DNA of 64,000 nt from a virus. Lineage: Duplodnaviria; Caudoviricetes. The DNA is taken from IMG/VR virus record IMGVR_UViG_3300021960_000017, one strand, 5' to 3'. Under the pieces are notes generated by a model. It searched no databases, was not told where the DNA came from, and saw nothing but the letters and a program-made list of their open reading frames with translations. Shown piece by piece: positions 16,987 through 26,779 of this stretch. Numbering within the stretch: position 1 is the first letter of the stretch; each line of letters starts with the position of its first letter. Position numbers and translations under genes: made by a program.

Positions 16987-19488
16987 ATGTTTATGGTAGC
17001 ACCAGTATGGGTAACTCCCCCAGGGACACTAGGCACTATTGTTGAAGAAGAGTTTTATCAGATTCAACTAGATGCTACAAATGCAGCAACATACGAGCAT
17101 TTGAGCGGTTTTTTACCAGACGGAATTCGCATTACAATCTATGGGCAATGCGAAGGTTTTCCAAAAAATATAGATTACATTCAGGGTGTGCCTAAATCAG
17201 TAACAACTGACACTGTAAATCAGTTCACTGTTAGAGCTACTAGTGAGGATGGTTTAGTGGCTGACCGTGTTTTTACTTTAACAGTAACTGGTCCAGACGC
17301 TCCCATTATTAATGCACTACCAGCCAGTAACCTAGGTAGTTATTTTGATGGTGACCAAATAAATGTTCAACTTACAGCAACAGACGCTGATACAGCAGAC
17401 ACCCAAACATGGAAACTAATATCAGGGGAATTACCTGACGGAGTTACACTTAGTACATCAGGACTTTTAAGTGGTTGGATCACTCCTATGCCAACAGAAA
17501 CTGGGGACAGTGGCTGGGACGAAAATAACTTTGACATTGGAAGTTTTGACTTTACTACAGTAAGCACCAATGTAACATACAAGTTTAAGGTGCAGGTTAG
17601 CGATAGCGGCGGTCTAACAAGTAGTAAAGAATACACATTATTTGTTGCCAGTAGAAACACACTAACTGCTGATAGCACGGTATTCACAGCAGACACTTAT
17701 GCACCTACAGCAAGTTCAACTAGTATTGAGAGTAAGATTACTGCTGATTTAAATGATAAAAGAACACCATATTTAAAAACACAACCAGCAGACTTTGGTG
17801 AAATTTTACATGACAATTATTACAGTTTCCAGTTTGTTGGTGTAGATTTTGATGCAGACATTTTAGAATATAGTATAACGACTGGTGCTGGATTAGGGTA
17901 CGACGCTGATGGAGTAGGATATGATGCAGCAGCATTAGATAGAGGTGATTTAGAATTGCCTCCTGGTATGACATTAGATCCTAACTCAGGCTGGCTTACA
18001 GGTTACATACCTTCGCAGGCAGCAACTAAAAAAGACTATAAATTTGGTATACAAGTCCGTAAAAAAAATTATCCAGAGTATATAAGTGACATAACATTTT
18101 TTACACTTACAATTATAGGAAATATAGCAGGAACAGTTACTTGGCCAGCAGCAGACCTAGGAACTATTGACACTGGAGCAATAAGCGAACTAGATGTTCG
18201 TGCAACTATTAGCAATAACAAGAGTGTAAAATACGTTCTTAAAACAACGTATTCCAATAATCTCCCACAAGGATTGAGATTGGAACAAAATGGACTAATT
18301 ACAGGCCGTGTAAGTTTTAACCATCTTATGTTTGATACTGGATCTACTAGTTTTGACAAAAACAGTACACAGGTATCTGAAACAACCTTCGAAAGAAAGC
18401 ATACATTTACTGTAAGAGTCTTTAGTGACGACCTAACAATAGATACTTTTCAAACATTTAATATTGTAATTAAACCAAGCAGTTTTAAACCTTATGAGGC
18501 ACTTTATGCTAAAGCACTAATAAGCAGTGGACAAAAAGACATTCATAGCATTCTTATTAACAACAGTGATGATATCGACCCTAACAGTGTTTACAGACTT
18601 GGCGATCTAAACTTTGGCATACAGCAAAATATTAGAGCACTTGTTACAAGCGGACTTAATCCTGCTCTGTTAACTGATTATGTTGAAGCCATGGCTTATA
18701 ATCATCACAATAATATTTTAAGATTTGGTGATATTAAAGTTGCTACAGCATATGAATCCGACGGAACTACAAAAAAGTATGAAGTTGTCTATGTTACACT
18801 AGTTGACAAGAGCCTGGGTATAGATCCTACAACTAAACTCCCCAGTGCACCCAAGCAACAAATCGATTTAGCAAAACAACAGAGTGTAACTGCTATGAGC
18901 GGATTTAATAGACGTCTTAGTGTAGACAGTTTGGGGCTAAGTGCTGACAGCGGCGGGTTTACTGGTGATGAACACAATTACAGATATGCCTATCCAAACA
19001 GTATAGAAAATATGCGATCACGCATTAAGGATGGCATAGGATATGCTGTACTAGAAAGATTAACTTTACCACAGTGGATGCAGGACAAACAAATAGACAC
19101 TGGCGGCAATATATTAGGTTATACACTTGCGGTGCCATTGGTATTTTGTAAACCTGGATCTGGCAAAAAAGTTGCATATCTTATTGGCCAACGAATTAGT
19201 AGTAGTAATATAGATCTAAAGAAAATAAGTTTTGAAGTTGATAGATTTATTCTTGATAATAATTTAAGTCAGTACTATAATAAGACTACAGGTGCATGGT
19301 CAAGTGCAGGACAAACTACATTTGATGTTGCTACAACTGAAATGACATTAGATGGAGATGGAACCAGGTTTTTTGCAAATGCAGACCAATATGCAGATCC
19401 AGACCAAAATGACCAATATATCAAGTTCCCCAAACGAGACATCTTCCGCTATGATCGTGCCAGTTCAGGATTTGAATACAATATTTAA
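16987..19488 (+). CDS. Virion structural protein with repeated putative Ig domains
   Basis: Repeats GELPDGVTLSTSGLLSG / LPPGMTLDPNSGWLTG / LPQGLRLEQNGLITG; late motif upstream. Confidence 0.7.
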   Translation: MFMVAPVWVTPPGTLGTIVEEEFYQIQLDATNAATYEHLSGFLPDGIRITIYGQCEGFPKNIDYIQGVPKSVTTDTVNQFTVRATSEDGLVADRVFTLTVTGPDAPIINALPASNLGSYFDGDQINVQLTATDADTADTQTWKLISGELPDGVTLSTSGLLSGWITPMPTETGDSGWDENNFDIGSFDFTTVSTNVTYKFKVQVSDSGGLTSSKEYTLFVASRNTLTADSTVFTADTYAPTASSTSIESKITADLNDKRTPYLKTQPADFGEILHDNYYSFQFVGVDFDADILEYSITTGAGLGYDADGVGYDAAALDRGDLELPPGMTLDPNSGWLTGYIPSQAATKKDYKFGIQVRKKNYPEYISDITFFTLTIIGNIAGTVTWPAADLGTIDTGAISELDVRATISNNKSVKYVLKTTYSNNLPQGLRLEQNGLITGRVSFNHLMFDTGSTSFDKNSTQVSETTFERKHTFTVRVFSDDLTIDTFQTFNIVIKPSSFKPYEALYAKALISSGQKDIHSILINNSDDIDPNSVYRLGDLNFGIQQNIRALVTSGLNPALLTDYVEAMAYNHHNNILRFGDIKVATAYESDGTTKKYEVVYVTLVDKSLGIDPTTKLPSAPKQQIDLAKQQSVTAMSGFNRRLSVDSLGLSADSGGFTGDEHNYRYAYPNSIENMRSRIKDGIGYAVLERLTLPQWMQDKQIDTGGNILGYTLAVPLVFCKPGSGKKVAYLIGQRISSSNIDLKKISFEVDRFILDNNLSQYYNKTTGAWSSAGQTTFDVATTEMTLDGDGTRFFANADQYADPDQNDQYIKFPKRDIFRYDRASSGFEYNI

Positions 19489-19525
19489 TTGATAAATAAT
19501 AATGTTCCCATGGAGTTAACATAGT

Positions 19526-20257
19526 ATGGCTAGTAATATCAATGCAAATAATATAGACGGTACTTATCCTATCGCGGGTCAGGACAACGATAGTCAAGGC
19601 TTCAGAGATAATTTTACTAATATCAAAACAAACTTCACAAATGCAAAATCTGAAATAGAAGACCTCCAAAGCAAAGTTGTTCTTAAAAGCGCACTTATAG
19701 GCACAAGTTTAAGCAATGCCGGCGGTGGCTCTATTATGAGCGATTTCCAACTCCAGGACATGAGCGAAACCCGTGTGGCAAAGGGAACAACTAGCGGCAC
19801 AGTAACTATTGAATATACTAGTGGTGGGTATCAGACAGTAACAACTAGCGGAAATATTAGTCTTGAGTTTACTAATTTCAGCGCAAGTGGAACACTTAGC
19901 AGAGTAAGAGTAGAAATTACAATTGCAAGTGCTAGCCACACAGTGACACTTCCAAGTGCAGTCACAATTGGCGCTAACACACTACAAGGTATTGTTCCAG
20001 CAACCAAAGTTATTACCTTTGATGCTGCTGGTACATACATTTTCGAATTTACGACAGATGACTCGGGTACAACTATTGCAGTAAATGATCTTACCCGTAA
20101 CCGCACCCAAATGGATGTACGCACACCAGCAAACACTGGACAGAGCGGCGATGTTGCAGGCATGGCAGTAGTTGATAGCAGTTACATTTATGTTTGCACA
20201 GGAACATATGATGGATCTACAGTTATCTGGAAGCGTGTAGGTATTAGTGCCTACTAA
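19526..20257 (+). CDS. Virion structural protein (tail/fibre-like)
   Basis: Thr/Ser/Gly-rich beta-type sequence; C-terminal YIYVC...WKRV; ATAAATA upstream. Confidence 0.6.
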   Translation: MASNINANNIDGTYPIAGQDNDSQGFRDNFTNIKTNFTNAKSEIEDLQSKVVLKSALIGTSLSNAGGGSIMSDFQLQDMSETRVAKGTTSGTVTIEYTSGGYQTVTTSGNISLEFTNFSASGTLSRVRVEITIASASHTVTLPSAVTIGANTLQGIVPATKVITFDAAGTYIFEFTTDDSGTTIAVNDLTRNRTQMDVRTPANTGQSGDVAGMAVVDSSYIYVCTGTYDGSTVIWKRVGISAY

Positions 20258-20277
20258 GTTATACTAAGGTATAAACA

Positions 20278-21045
20278 ATGCAAGACGCAGAATTTGTTGT
20301 TAGTGCAGCTCAAGGCTGTTTTGGCAATCATTTGAGATGGCTGTTGTTACTTGACCCAAAATTTAATTTTAAATTTACTGACTTTAATTTACAACCTAGT
20401 AAATTTTATACATATCAAGATATGTATTTCCACAAGTATGGTCATCTAAACTACAATGACTTTAAAAATTTAAATCCTGATTCGATAGACCAAAAGTTGT
20501 TAACGGATTATGTTAATGATTTTGATTTACCTACACTAGACTTTACTTCAACCGAATCAAAAATTAAATCTATTGAAAATTATGTATATCCTAAAAGTAG
20601 AACTTGGCACAATTGGTTATACTTTGAATTTAAATTTAGGGAGATTATACAATGTATAACTTTTGACCATTTTATTCCAGATTTTAAATCAAATATAAAA
20701 TATTTAAGCCTAGTTCCAGACAATGTACATAATGCTTTTAAATGGTATGTAAAGTGGAATAGTGGCTTAAATGCTATATCTAAAGATGAACTGTTATGGG
20801 ACATTAATAACTTTAAAAATAATACCGTCAAATCAATGTCTACTAACCCAAATGTATGTATGTTAAATTCTGATATTTTGTATAATCATACATTAGATAA
20901 GGATATATACAAAAAGGCAATTAATCATTTTGGACTATCAGACTGTTATAATCAAGCAAATTATGTCCATGGTCTTTGGTATGAGTTGCATAAAAACTCA
21001 GAAAGACAAATGATAAGTGACTTAAAAGAGTTGTTTGAATTATAA
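20278..21045 (+). CDS. Hypothetical AT-rich accessory protein
   Basis: 255-aa ORF. Confidence 0.7.
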   Translation: MQDAEFVVSAAQGCFGNHLRWLLLLDPKFNFKFTDFNLQPSKFYTYQDMYFHKYGHLNYNDFKNLNPDSIDQKLLTDYVNDFDLPTLDFTSTESKIKSIENYVYPKSRTWHNWLYFEFKFREIIQCITFDHFIPDFKSNIKYLSLVPDNVHNAFKWYVKWNSGLNAISKDELLWDINNFKNNTVKSMSTNPNVCMLNSDILYNHTLDKDIYKKAINHFGLSDCYNQANYVHGLWYELHKNSERQMISDLKELFEL

Positions 21046-21071
21046 ATAAGTACATAACAGGAAACAAAACA

Positions 21072-21407
21072 ATGAATAATGATGAATTTAGATCACTGCA
21101 AAATAAACTAGCAAGCATCCAAGCACTAGGCGACATGCGTTTGTCTACACAACCAATTGTGGAAGACAAAGAAAATGCAAAAAGCGAACTATTAGCAATT
21201 CTTCATCAACTTGAAGATTTAAGCCGTGAAGCTTCTGCTATTATGCAGTCTAATTTCCCAAATTCTTATCGCCAAGCTCAAGCATATGGCTCACTACTAT
21301 TTGGTAAGAGCAAGAATCCATACGATACAACATTTGAACAACTTATTCTAAACCTAGATCAAGAAGATACAGACTTTGCTGACGACGACTACAGAGAAGA
21401 AGACTGA
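21072..21407 (+). CDS. Hypothetical late protein
   Basis: TATAAATA and SD upstream. Confidence 0.7.
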   Translation: MNNDEFRSLQNKLASIQALGDMRLSTQPIVEDKENAKSELLAILHQLEDLSREASAIMQSNFPNSYRQAQAYGSLLFGKSKNPYDTTFEQLILNLDQEDTDFADDDYREED

Positions 21408-21422
21408 GACCTATTATATAAA

Positions 21423-21464
21423 TTGACTTAATGAACTCCTGTAGTATAATAAACTATAGGAGTT
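21423..21464 (+). promoter_or_regulatory. sigma70 promoter whose -10 lies in the loop of an SD-sequestering hairpin (mazG)
   Basis: TTGACT-16-TATAAT; AACTCCTGTAG / CTATAGGAGTT stem. Confidence 0.65.
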
Positions 21465-21469
21465 TTTTA

Positions 21470-21874
21470 ATGACGCAAATCGACTTGAACAAGTATGCAG
21501 TATTTGTGACTGCTGTTACCAGCAACGAAAGTAAAAACAGTGCCGCTCTCGAGGCTAGCATCCGTGAATTGTCCAAACATGTTATTGTACCGCGGTTGCT
21601 TACAGCAAGTATTGGTCTAGCAAGTGAGACCGGTGAATTTAGCGAAATTGTGAAAAAGTGTTTATTTCAAGGCAAACCTGTAAATGAGGAAACATTATTT
21701 CACATGAAGCGTGAGTTGGGTGATATTATCTGGTATTGGATTCAGGGATGCTATGCATTGAACCTAGATCCTAACGATGTAATTGCAGAGAATGTAAATA
21801 AACTGAAAGCCCGTTATCCAGGCGGAGAATTCGACGCTTATTACAGCGAAAACAGAAAAGATGGAGATCTATGA
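21470..21874 (+). CDS. mazG: MazG-like nucleotide pyrophosphohydrolase
   Basis: GLASETGEFSEIVKK, ELGDIIWY, NVNKLKARYP. Confidence 0.9.
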   Translation: MTQIDLNKYAVFVTAVTSNESKNSAALEASIRELSKHVIVPRLLTASIGLASETGEFSEIVKKCLFQGKPVNEETLFHMKRELGDIIWYWIQGCYALNLDPNDVIAENVNKLKARYPGGEFDAYYSENRKDGDL

Positions 21875-22299
21875 AAGTACTAATTTACGGATTACCCGGT
21901 GCTGGTAAAAGCACCCTTGCAGAACCTTTCGCTAAACTAATTGGTGGTGTTTGGATCAATGCAGATAAAGTTAGAGAACGATATAATGACTGGGACTTTA
22001 GCCCAGAGGGTAGAATTCGTCAAGCACAACGCATGCGTCATCTGGCAGATGGTGTAGTAATGGCTGGCAAAACTGCTGTTGCTGATTTTGTTTGCCCAAC
22101 AGAACGAGCTCGTAAAGAGTTCGGTGCAGACTTTACTGTATGGATGGATACTATAGAAGCTGGCAGATTTGAAGATACTAATGCAATGTTTGAAAAGCCA
22201 GCCAAAGTAGACTACCATGTTAAGGCTTGGTTCGATGACACCCCGCAACAACTAATAGATGTTGTTAAAGTATGGATGGAGAGAAACGATGAGCTTTGA
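21871..22299 (+). CDS. cysC: Adenylylsulfate kinase-like P-loop kinase
   Basis: GLPGAGKST, INADKVR, FSPEGRIRQ, ADFVCP. Confidence 0.75.
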   Translation: MKVLIYGLPGAGKSTLAEPFAKLIGGVWINADKVRERYNDWDFSPEGRIRQAQRMRHLADGVVMAGKTAVADFVCPTERARKEFGADFTVWMDTIEAGRFEDTNAMFEKPAKVDYHVKAWFDDTPQQLIDVVKVWMERNDEL

Positions 22300-22762
22300 C
22301 TTCCAAAAACCAACCGTCCAAATGCTGGGCCGCTGGCAACCCTGGCACGATGGACATACGGCTCTGTTTAAGAAAGCATTAGCTATAACAGGTCAAGTAT
22401 GTATCATGGTGCGAGATGTAGGTGGTATTGTTGGTTCTGATGCCGGTGCCGGGCGCACCGCAACCGTACAAAGTGATAATCCTTTTGATTTTAAAACTGT
22501 AGTTGAGAACATTAAAATTGGTTTAGGCAAACATGGTTTTGCCTATTATGAAGAATATACAGTTATGCTAGTGCCTAATATTGTTGATATTAGTTATGGT
22601 CGCGGAGTAGGTTATACATTTACTGAACATGATCTAGGCGCAGCCGTACACGATATTAGTGCAACAAAGATTCGTGCTCGGATGCGTGAAGAAGGTACTC
22701 TTGCTAAAGTAGAAACACTACAAGTTGATCATGTAGCTGTAGTTGGCGGTGCTAACGATTAG
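22289..22762 (+). CDS. HxGH nucleotidyltransferase (cytidylyltransferase/ATP-sulfurylase-like)
   Basis: GRWQPWHDGH, NPF, ISATKIR. Confidence 0.75.
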   Translation: MSFDFQKPTVQMLGRWQPWHDGHTALFKKALAITGQVCIMVRDVGGIVGSDAGAGRTATVQSDNPFDFKTVVENIKIGLGKHGFAYYEEYTVMLVPNIVDISYGRGVGYTFTEHDLGAAVHDISATKIRARMREEGTLAKVETLQVDHVAVVGGAND

Positions 22763-22770
22763 GAAATGTT

Positions 22771-23016
22771 ATGCATCCACTAGCACCAAACTTTTCAGAC
22801 ATGTCAGACGCTGATTTAAATGAAAATATTAAAAAACTTCAAACTAGGTTAAGTCATGCTTATAGAACTAGTTCTAGTGTGGTGCCTCAAATTCAAATGT
22901 TATTGCAAGATTACATTGAAGAACGTGGACGCAGAGATAAAGAATCATTAGATAAACTCATGCAAAAAAGCAAGGACTCAGGAAATGACTGGGACGACAT
23001 TATTGACATTGGATAA
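22771..23016 (+). CDS. Hypothetical protein
   Basis: ORF track. Confidence 0.7.
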   Translation: MHPLAPNFSDMSDADLNENIKKLQTRLSHAYRTSSSVVPQIQMLLQDYIEERGRRDKESLDKLMQKSKDSGNDWDDIIDIG

Positions 23017-23019
23017 GTC

Positions 23020-23646
23020 ATGATTACACTTAAACATAAATTTTTAGCTACTATAATTATTGATGGACAAATTCTTCCCAACAGTTGGGACCTAAACATA
23101 GACATGGTTCCTAATCCTAGTGAGTCTACTCACGATATTAGTGTAGTTACTGATCGTGTAAATGTTTGGATAGAAAGTATGCTAGACAACAGTATGCTTG
23201 TTGGGCCTGGCGATATGCATTTGTTAAAAGAAATGGAATGTCCATTTAGCATAGGTGTTCATCCATTGCCTGATGAACCCTACGATAGAATGATTGCAAT
23301 TTGCTTATACACCAAGTTAAGTGCTATAATGGAAAAAAAGATGTTTATTAATAGCATCTGGTTAGAAAGTTATCAAAGTGAAGGCATCAGCCACACTTAC
23401 ACTAGTGAAGAAGGCGACGGCGATTTACTCAAGGCTCTAGCAGAACCTGGCAATGAAGAGTTTGCAAGTTATTGGTACAGAAAAGATCCAGTATTCTTTA
23501 GAGTAGACGCAGATGGTATGGAACTAAAAGAACAAACCTGGGGAGAACTAGGGCTGGCATTGAAGTCTGAAGAAGATGGCAAAGTTATTCCAATGCGGTT
23601 CAAGCCAAGAATAATTCCTGGTGACAAGGGAGATGATATTGCTTAG
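23020..23646 (+). CDS. Hypothetical protein
   Basis: ORF track. Confidence 0.7.
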   Translation: MITLKHKFLATIIIDGQILPNSWDLNIDMVPNPSESTHDISVVTDRVNVWIESMLDNSMLVGPGDMHLLKEMECPFSIGVHPLPDEPYDRMIAICLYTKLSAIMEKKMFINSIWLESYQSEGISHTYTSEEGDGDLLKALAEPGNEEFASYWYRKDPVFFRVDADGMELKEQTWGELGLALKSEEDGKVIPMRFKPRIIPGDKGDDIA

Positions 23647-24151
23647 TCTAGACAGTTATGGCAGACAAGTTTATAAAGAGCAGGATGCTATAAATTTACT
23701 GTATAGAAATCCAAATGTGGACTTACAGAGTCTAAACATAAAAGATGTAGAACAATTTAATCGCGCAAGTGAAATACTGTACGCTGGTTATAGACTAGAG
23801 AAGACAGCAGATTTGGATTGTACACCTGTAGAATATCATAAACAAAACCAACAAAACTGGCATATGCCACAAGAATATAAAGATCTAGATATAGCAAAAT
23901 GGTGTTTAGATCGTTGTACACACGCAGAACAGTTGCAAAGAGTTGGAACTGAACTATTACTGTATCAAGAACGGGACTTATTTCCCCTATTACAATTCCT
24001 ACTTTATATGGTTGACACCATGCGAGCAAATAGTATAATATGGGGAGTAGGACGTGGTAGTAGTGTAGCAAGTTATGTATTGTATCTTATCGGAGTACAC
24101 AAAGTAGACAGTTTGTATTACGATTTAGATATCACAGAATTTTTACGATAA
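23633..24151 (+). CDS. DNA polymerase III alpha-like fragment (GRGS region)
   Basis: WGVGRGSSVASYVLYLIGVHKVDSLYYDLDITEFLR then stop; SD AAGGGAG. Confidence 0.8.
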   Translation: MILLSLDSYGRQVYKEQDAINLLYRNPNVDLQSLNIKDVEQFNRASEILYAGYRLEKTADLDCTPVEYHKQNQQNWHMPQEYKDLDIAKWCLDRCTHAEQLQRVGTELLLYQERDLFPLLQFLLYMVDTMRANSIIWGVGRGSSVASYVLYLIGVHKVDSLYYDLDITEFLR

Positions 24152-24179
24152 ATATATGCGTATATTATAGGAGTTAATT

Positions 24180-24644
24180 ATGGCAAAAAGAACATATCGA
24201 TCAGCAAACGGAAAAATAGTTGATTTTGGCGGCTTGTTAAGTCAAAACGAAACTGTTCCTGCCCTGGGCAATATGAATGTAAATGCAAGAGGAGACGAAA
24301 TTACTCCAGACGGCACAATTACAAGAACTCGCGAACAAGTTATGCGTGAGTATCATCAAATGAGCAATGCTCAAGTGCCACAGGATGATCGCATACCTGA
24401 AAGTGCTGATGATACCTGGAGTGACTGGGAACCACGAGTAGAACCAGAACTAGTCAAAACTAGCGAGCCTGCTGTAGAAGATGTAGCAGATGAGCCAGTT
24501 ACTGAAGCAGCACCAAAACCAGCGGCTGCTGAGCCTAGGCCAAGTGCTGGACTTGCTAGTGCAGTAGCAGCAGCGAGAACAGTTACACCAACTGTAACTA
24601 CAAAACCCGACGCAAAAACAACCGCAGGAGTAACCAGATTATAA
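24180..24644 (+). CDS. Hypothetical protein with Pro/Ala/Thr-rich tail
   Basis: Late motif and SD AGGAG. Confidence 0.75.
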   Translation: MAKRTYRSANGKIVDFGGLLSQNETVPALGNMNVNARGDEITPDGTITRTREQVMREYHQMSNAQVPQDDRIPESADDTWSDWEPRVEPELVKTSEPAVEDVADEPVTEAAPKPAAAEPRPSAGLASAVAAARTVTPTVTTKPDAKTTAGVTRL

Positions 24645-24645
24645 T

Positions 24646-25008
24646 ATGCCAATATCAATTACAAATGTAACAGGAACATTTAAGCCATTACATGCTGGCG
24701 TTCTTGTAAGACAGATGAAATTCGATCAAATTACCACCAGTGGTGGAATTATTATTCCTGGCGATGATGGAGAGCTTAGAGGCATTCATCCACGCTGGGC
24801 AGAAGTTATTGCTATTGGTCCAGAGCAGACTGATGTAGTAATTGGCCAATGGGTATTAGTAGCACATGGTCGCTGGAGTAGGGGATTTACTCTCAATGGC
24901 GAAACATGTAGAACTGTAGACCCCAAGGACATATTAGGCGTAAGCGACGAAAAGCCTGTGGAAGATTTTGCACCTCCAACTATGGGACATGCGAGAGATG
25001 AGCACTGA
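24646..25008 (+). CDS. groES: Co-chaperonin GroES family
   Basis: FKPLHAGVLV, TSGGIIIP, AEVIAIGP, DILGV. Confidence 0.85.
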   Translation: MPISITNVTGTFKPLHAGVLVRQMKFDQITTSGGIIIPGDDGELRGIHPRWAEVIAIGPEQTDVVIGQWVLVAHGRWSRGFTLNGETCRTVDPKDILGVSDEKPVEDFAPPTMGHARDEH

Positions 25009-25120
25009 AGAAATTCTTAAACACAATGTAAGAGAATTACAAGAGCAACTCCAAAAAGCATATATTAGAATTAAAGAACTAAACGAAGAATTAGAACTTG
25101 AGAGAAACAAAACTCGTTAA
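24998..25120 (+). CDS. Small coiled-coil protein (not in ORF track)
   Basis: 40 aa MSTEEILKHNVRELQEQLQKAYIRIKELNEELELERNKTR. Confidence 0.5.
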   Translation: MSTEEILKHNVRELQEQLQKAYIRIKELNEELELERNKTR

Positions 25121-25865
25121 TACCAGACATGGTAACATGTTTATTTACAGTAATGATCCAACTATCGGCAAGAGTTTGGAGCATTATGGCGAGTATTGCT
25201 ATCCTGAAATAGAATTGTTATTGCCATTTTTAAACTCTGAAAGTTTTGTAATAGACATTGGGGCTAATATCGGCACTCATACAGTTGCACTTGCACCACA
25301 TGTAAGCAGACTAGTAGCCTTTGAGCCTGATCCTGAAAATCTAGATTTATTACAAAAAAATTGTGCTATGCAAGATAGCAAGGTAGCCAAGCGAATTAGT
25401 GTTAATCCTTTTGCTCTTAGCAATGAACAATTAATGGTTTCTACACAATTTGATTATGGAAAGACTAAAATAGTTCCTGGTGGCGATATTGTTACGGTGC
25501 CATTGGACGATATCAAAGGCTTCCCTCGTATTGATTTGATTAAGATAGATGTTGAGGGTATGGAATACAATGTACTGCTTGGTGCTAAAAATACACTAAT
25601 GTATTTTAGGCCAATACTGTTTATTGAAATGCAAGATGCCAGTATGAACAGCCTTGTGTTTGACTTTTTGGACAGTTTAGGCTATAATATGTTTTGGGCT
25701 CCATGTGCTACATATAATCCAAATAATCACAAAGGTAACACTGAAGATATATTTGGCAAGCAGCATGGCGTCCTCAACTGGCTTTGTACACCATATCAGG
25801 TTAGTACCGGGCTAGTGCCAGTAACAGACAGAACAGACACTATAGAGAAAGCAGTGCTTAGATGA
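25098..25865 (+). CDS. FkbM family methyltransferase
   Basis: IDIGANIGTHT, AFEP, IKIDVEGME. Confidence 0.9.
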   Translation: MRETKLVNTRHGNMFIYSNDPTIGKSLEHYGEYCYPEIELLLPFLNSESFVIDIGANIGTHTVALAPHVSRLVAFEPDPENLDLLQKNCAMQDSKVAKRISVNPFALSNEQLMVSTQFDYGKTKIVPGGDIVTVPLDDIKGFPRIDLIKIDVEGMEYNVLLGAKNTLMYFRPILFIEMQDASMNSLVFDFLDSLGYNMFWAPCATYNPNNHKGNTEDIFGKQHGVLNWLCTPYQVSTGLVPVTDRTDTIEKAVLR

Positions 25866-26779
25866 AAGAACTTTGGACAGAGAAGTACAGGCCAGACAAT
25901 CTAGAAGGGTATGTGTTTAGAGATGATGCTCAAAAGCACCAGGTAGAAGGCTGGATCAAAGCAGGTGCTATTCCACACTTGCTGTTTAGCGGTGCACCTG
26001 GCGTGGGCAAGACTACGCTAGCAAAGATTCTTATCAAACAACTACAAGTAAACGATCTGGATGTGTTAGAGATTAATGCAAGCCGTGAGAATAGTGTTGA
26101 CGCTGTTAGGGAAAAGATTACCAACTTCGTAGCAACTATGCCCTTTGGTGACTTTAAAGTTGTGCTACTTGATGAAGCAGACTATATCAGTCCAAACGGA
26201 CAGGCAGCATTGCGTGGTGTTATGGAAACCTATTCAAGCACTGCAAGGTTTATCCTAACTTGTAACTATCCAAACAAAGTTATTCCTGCACTGCATAGCA
26301 GATGCCAGGGCTTTCACATTGAGAAGATTGATACAACAGAGTTTACTGCTCGCATTGCAACAGTGCTCGTAACAGAAGGCGTGGAAATTGATATTGATAC
26401 ACTGGACAGTTATGTAAAGGCTACCTATCCAGACTTGCGTAAGTGTATCAATCTTGTACAGATGAACACTGTAGACGGCAAACTAGTACGCCCGCAGGAA
26501 TCAGACAGTGCAATGGCTGACTATAGGCTGGCAGTTGTAGACCTGTTTAAGGAAGGTAAACTACTTGAGGCTCGCAAACTCCTATGTAGCCAGGTTCGTG
26601 CAGATGAAATGGATGAACTGTTCCGCTGGATGTATGACAATCTGGAACTGTGGAGTAGCACACAAGAAGGACAGGATCAGGCAGTGTTGATTATTGCAAA
26701 AGGGTTGCGTAACATTCCGCTTGTAGCAGATCAAGAGATTAACTTGGCTGCTACTCTTGTTGAACTATGTCAGATATAA
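25862..26779 (+). CDS. Sliding clamp loader subunit (RFC-small / T4 gp44-like AAA+)
   Basis: LWTEKYRP, GAPGVGKTT, EINAS, LDEAD, LHSRC. Confidence 0.92.
   Translation: MKELWTEKYRPDNLEGYVFRDDAQKHQVEGWIKAGAIPHLLFSGAPGVGKTTLAKILIKQLQVNDLDVLEINASRENSVDAVREKITNFVATMPFGDFKVVLLDEADYISPNGQAALRGVMETYSSTARFILTCNYPNKVIPALHSRCQGFHIEKIDTTEFTARIATVLVTEGVEIDIDTLDSYVKATYPDLRKCINLVQMNTVDGKLVRPQESDSAMADYRLAVVDLFKEGKLLEARKLLCSQVRADEMDELFRWMYDNLELWSSTQEGQDQAVLIIAKGLRNIPLVADQEINLAATLVELCQI

Noticed and set aside
23633-24644. Intron, intein or frameshift continuing the DnaE fragment
   Set aside because: A clean stop is followed by a late motif, an SD and an unrelated ORF; no PDxD motif seen immediately downstream
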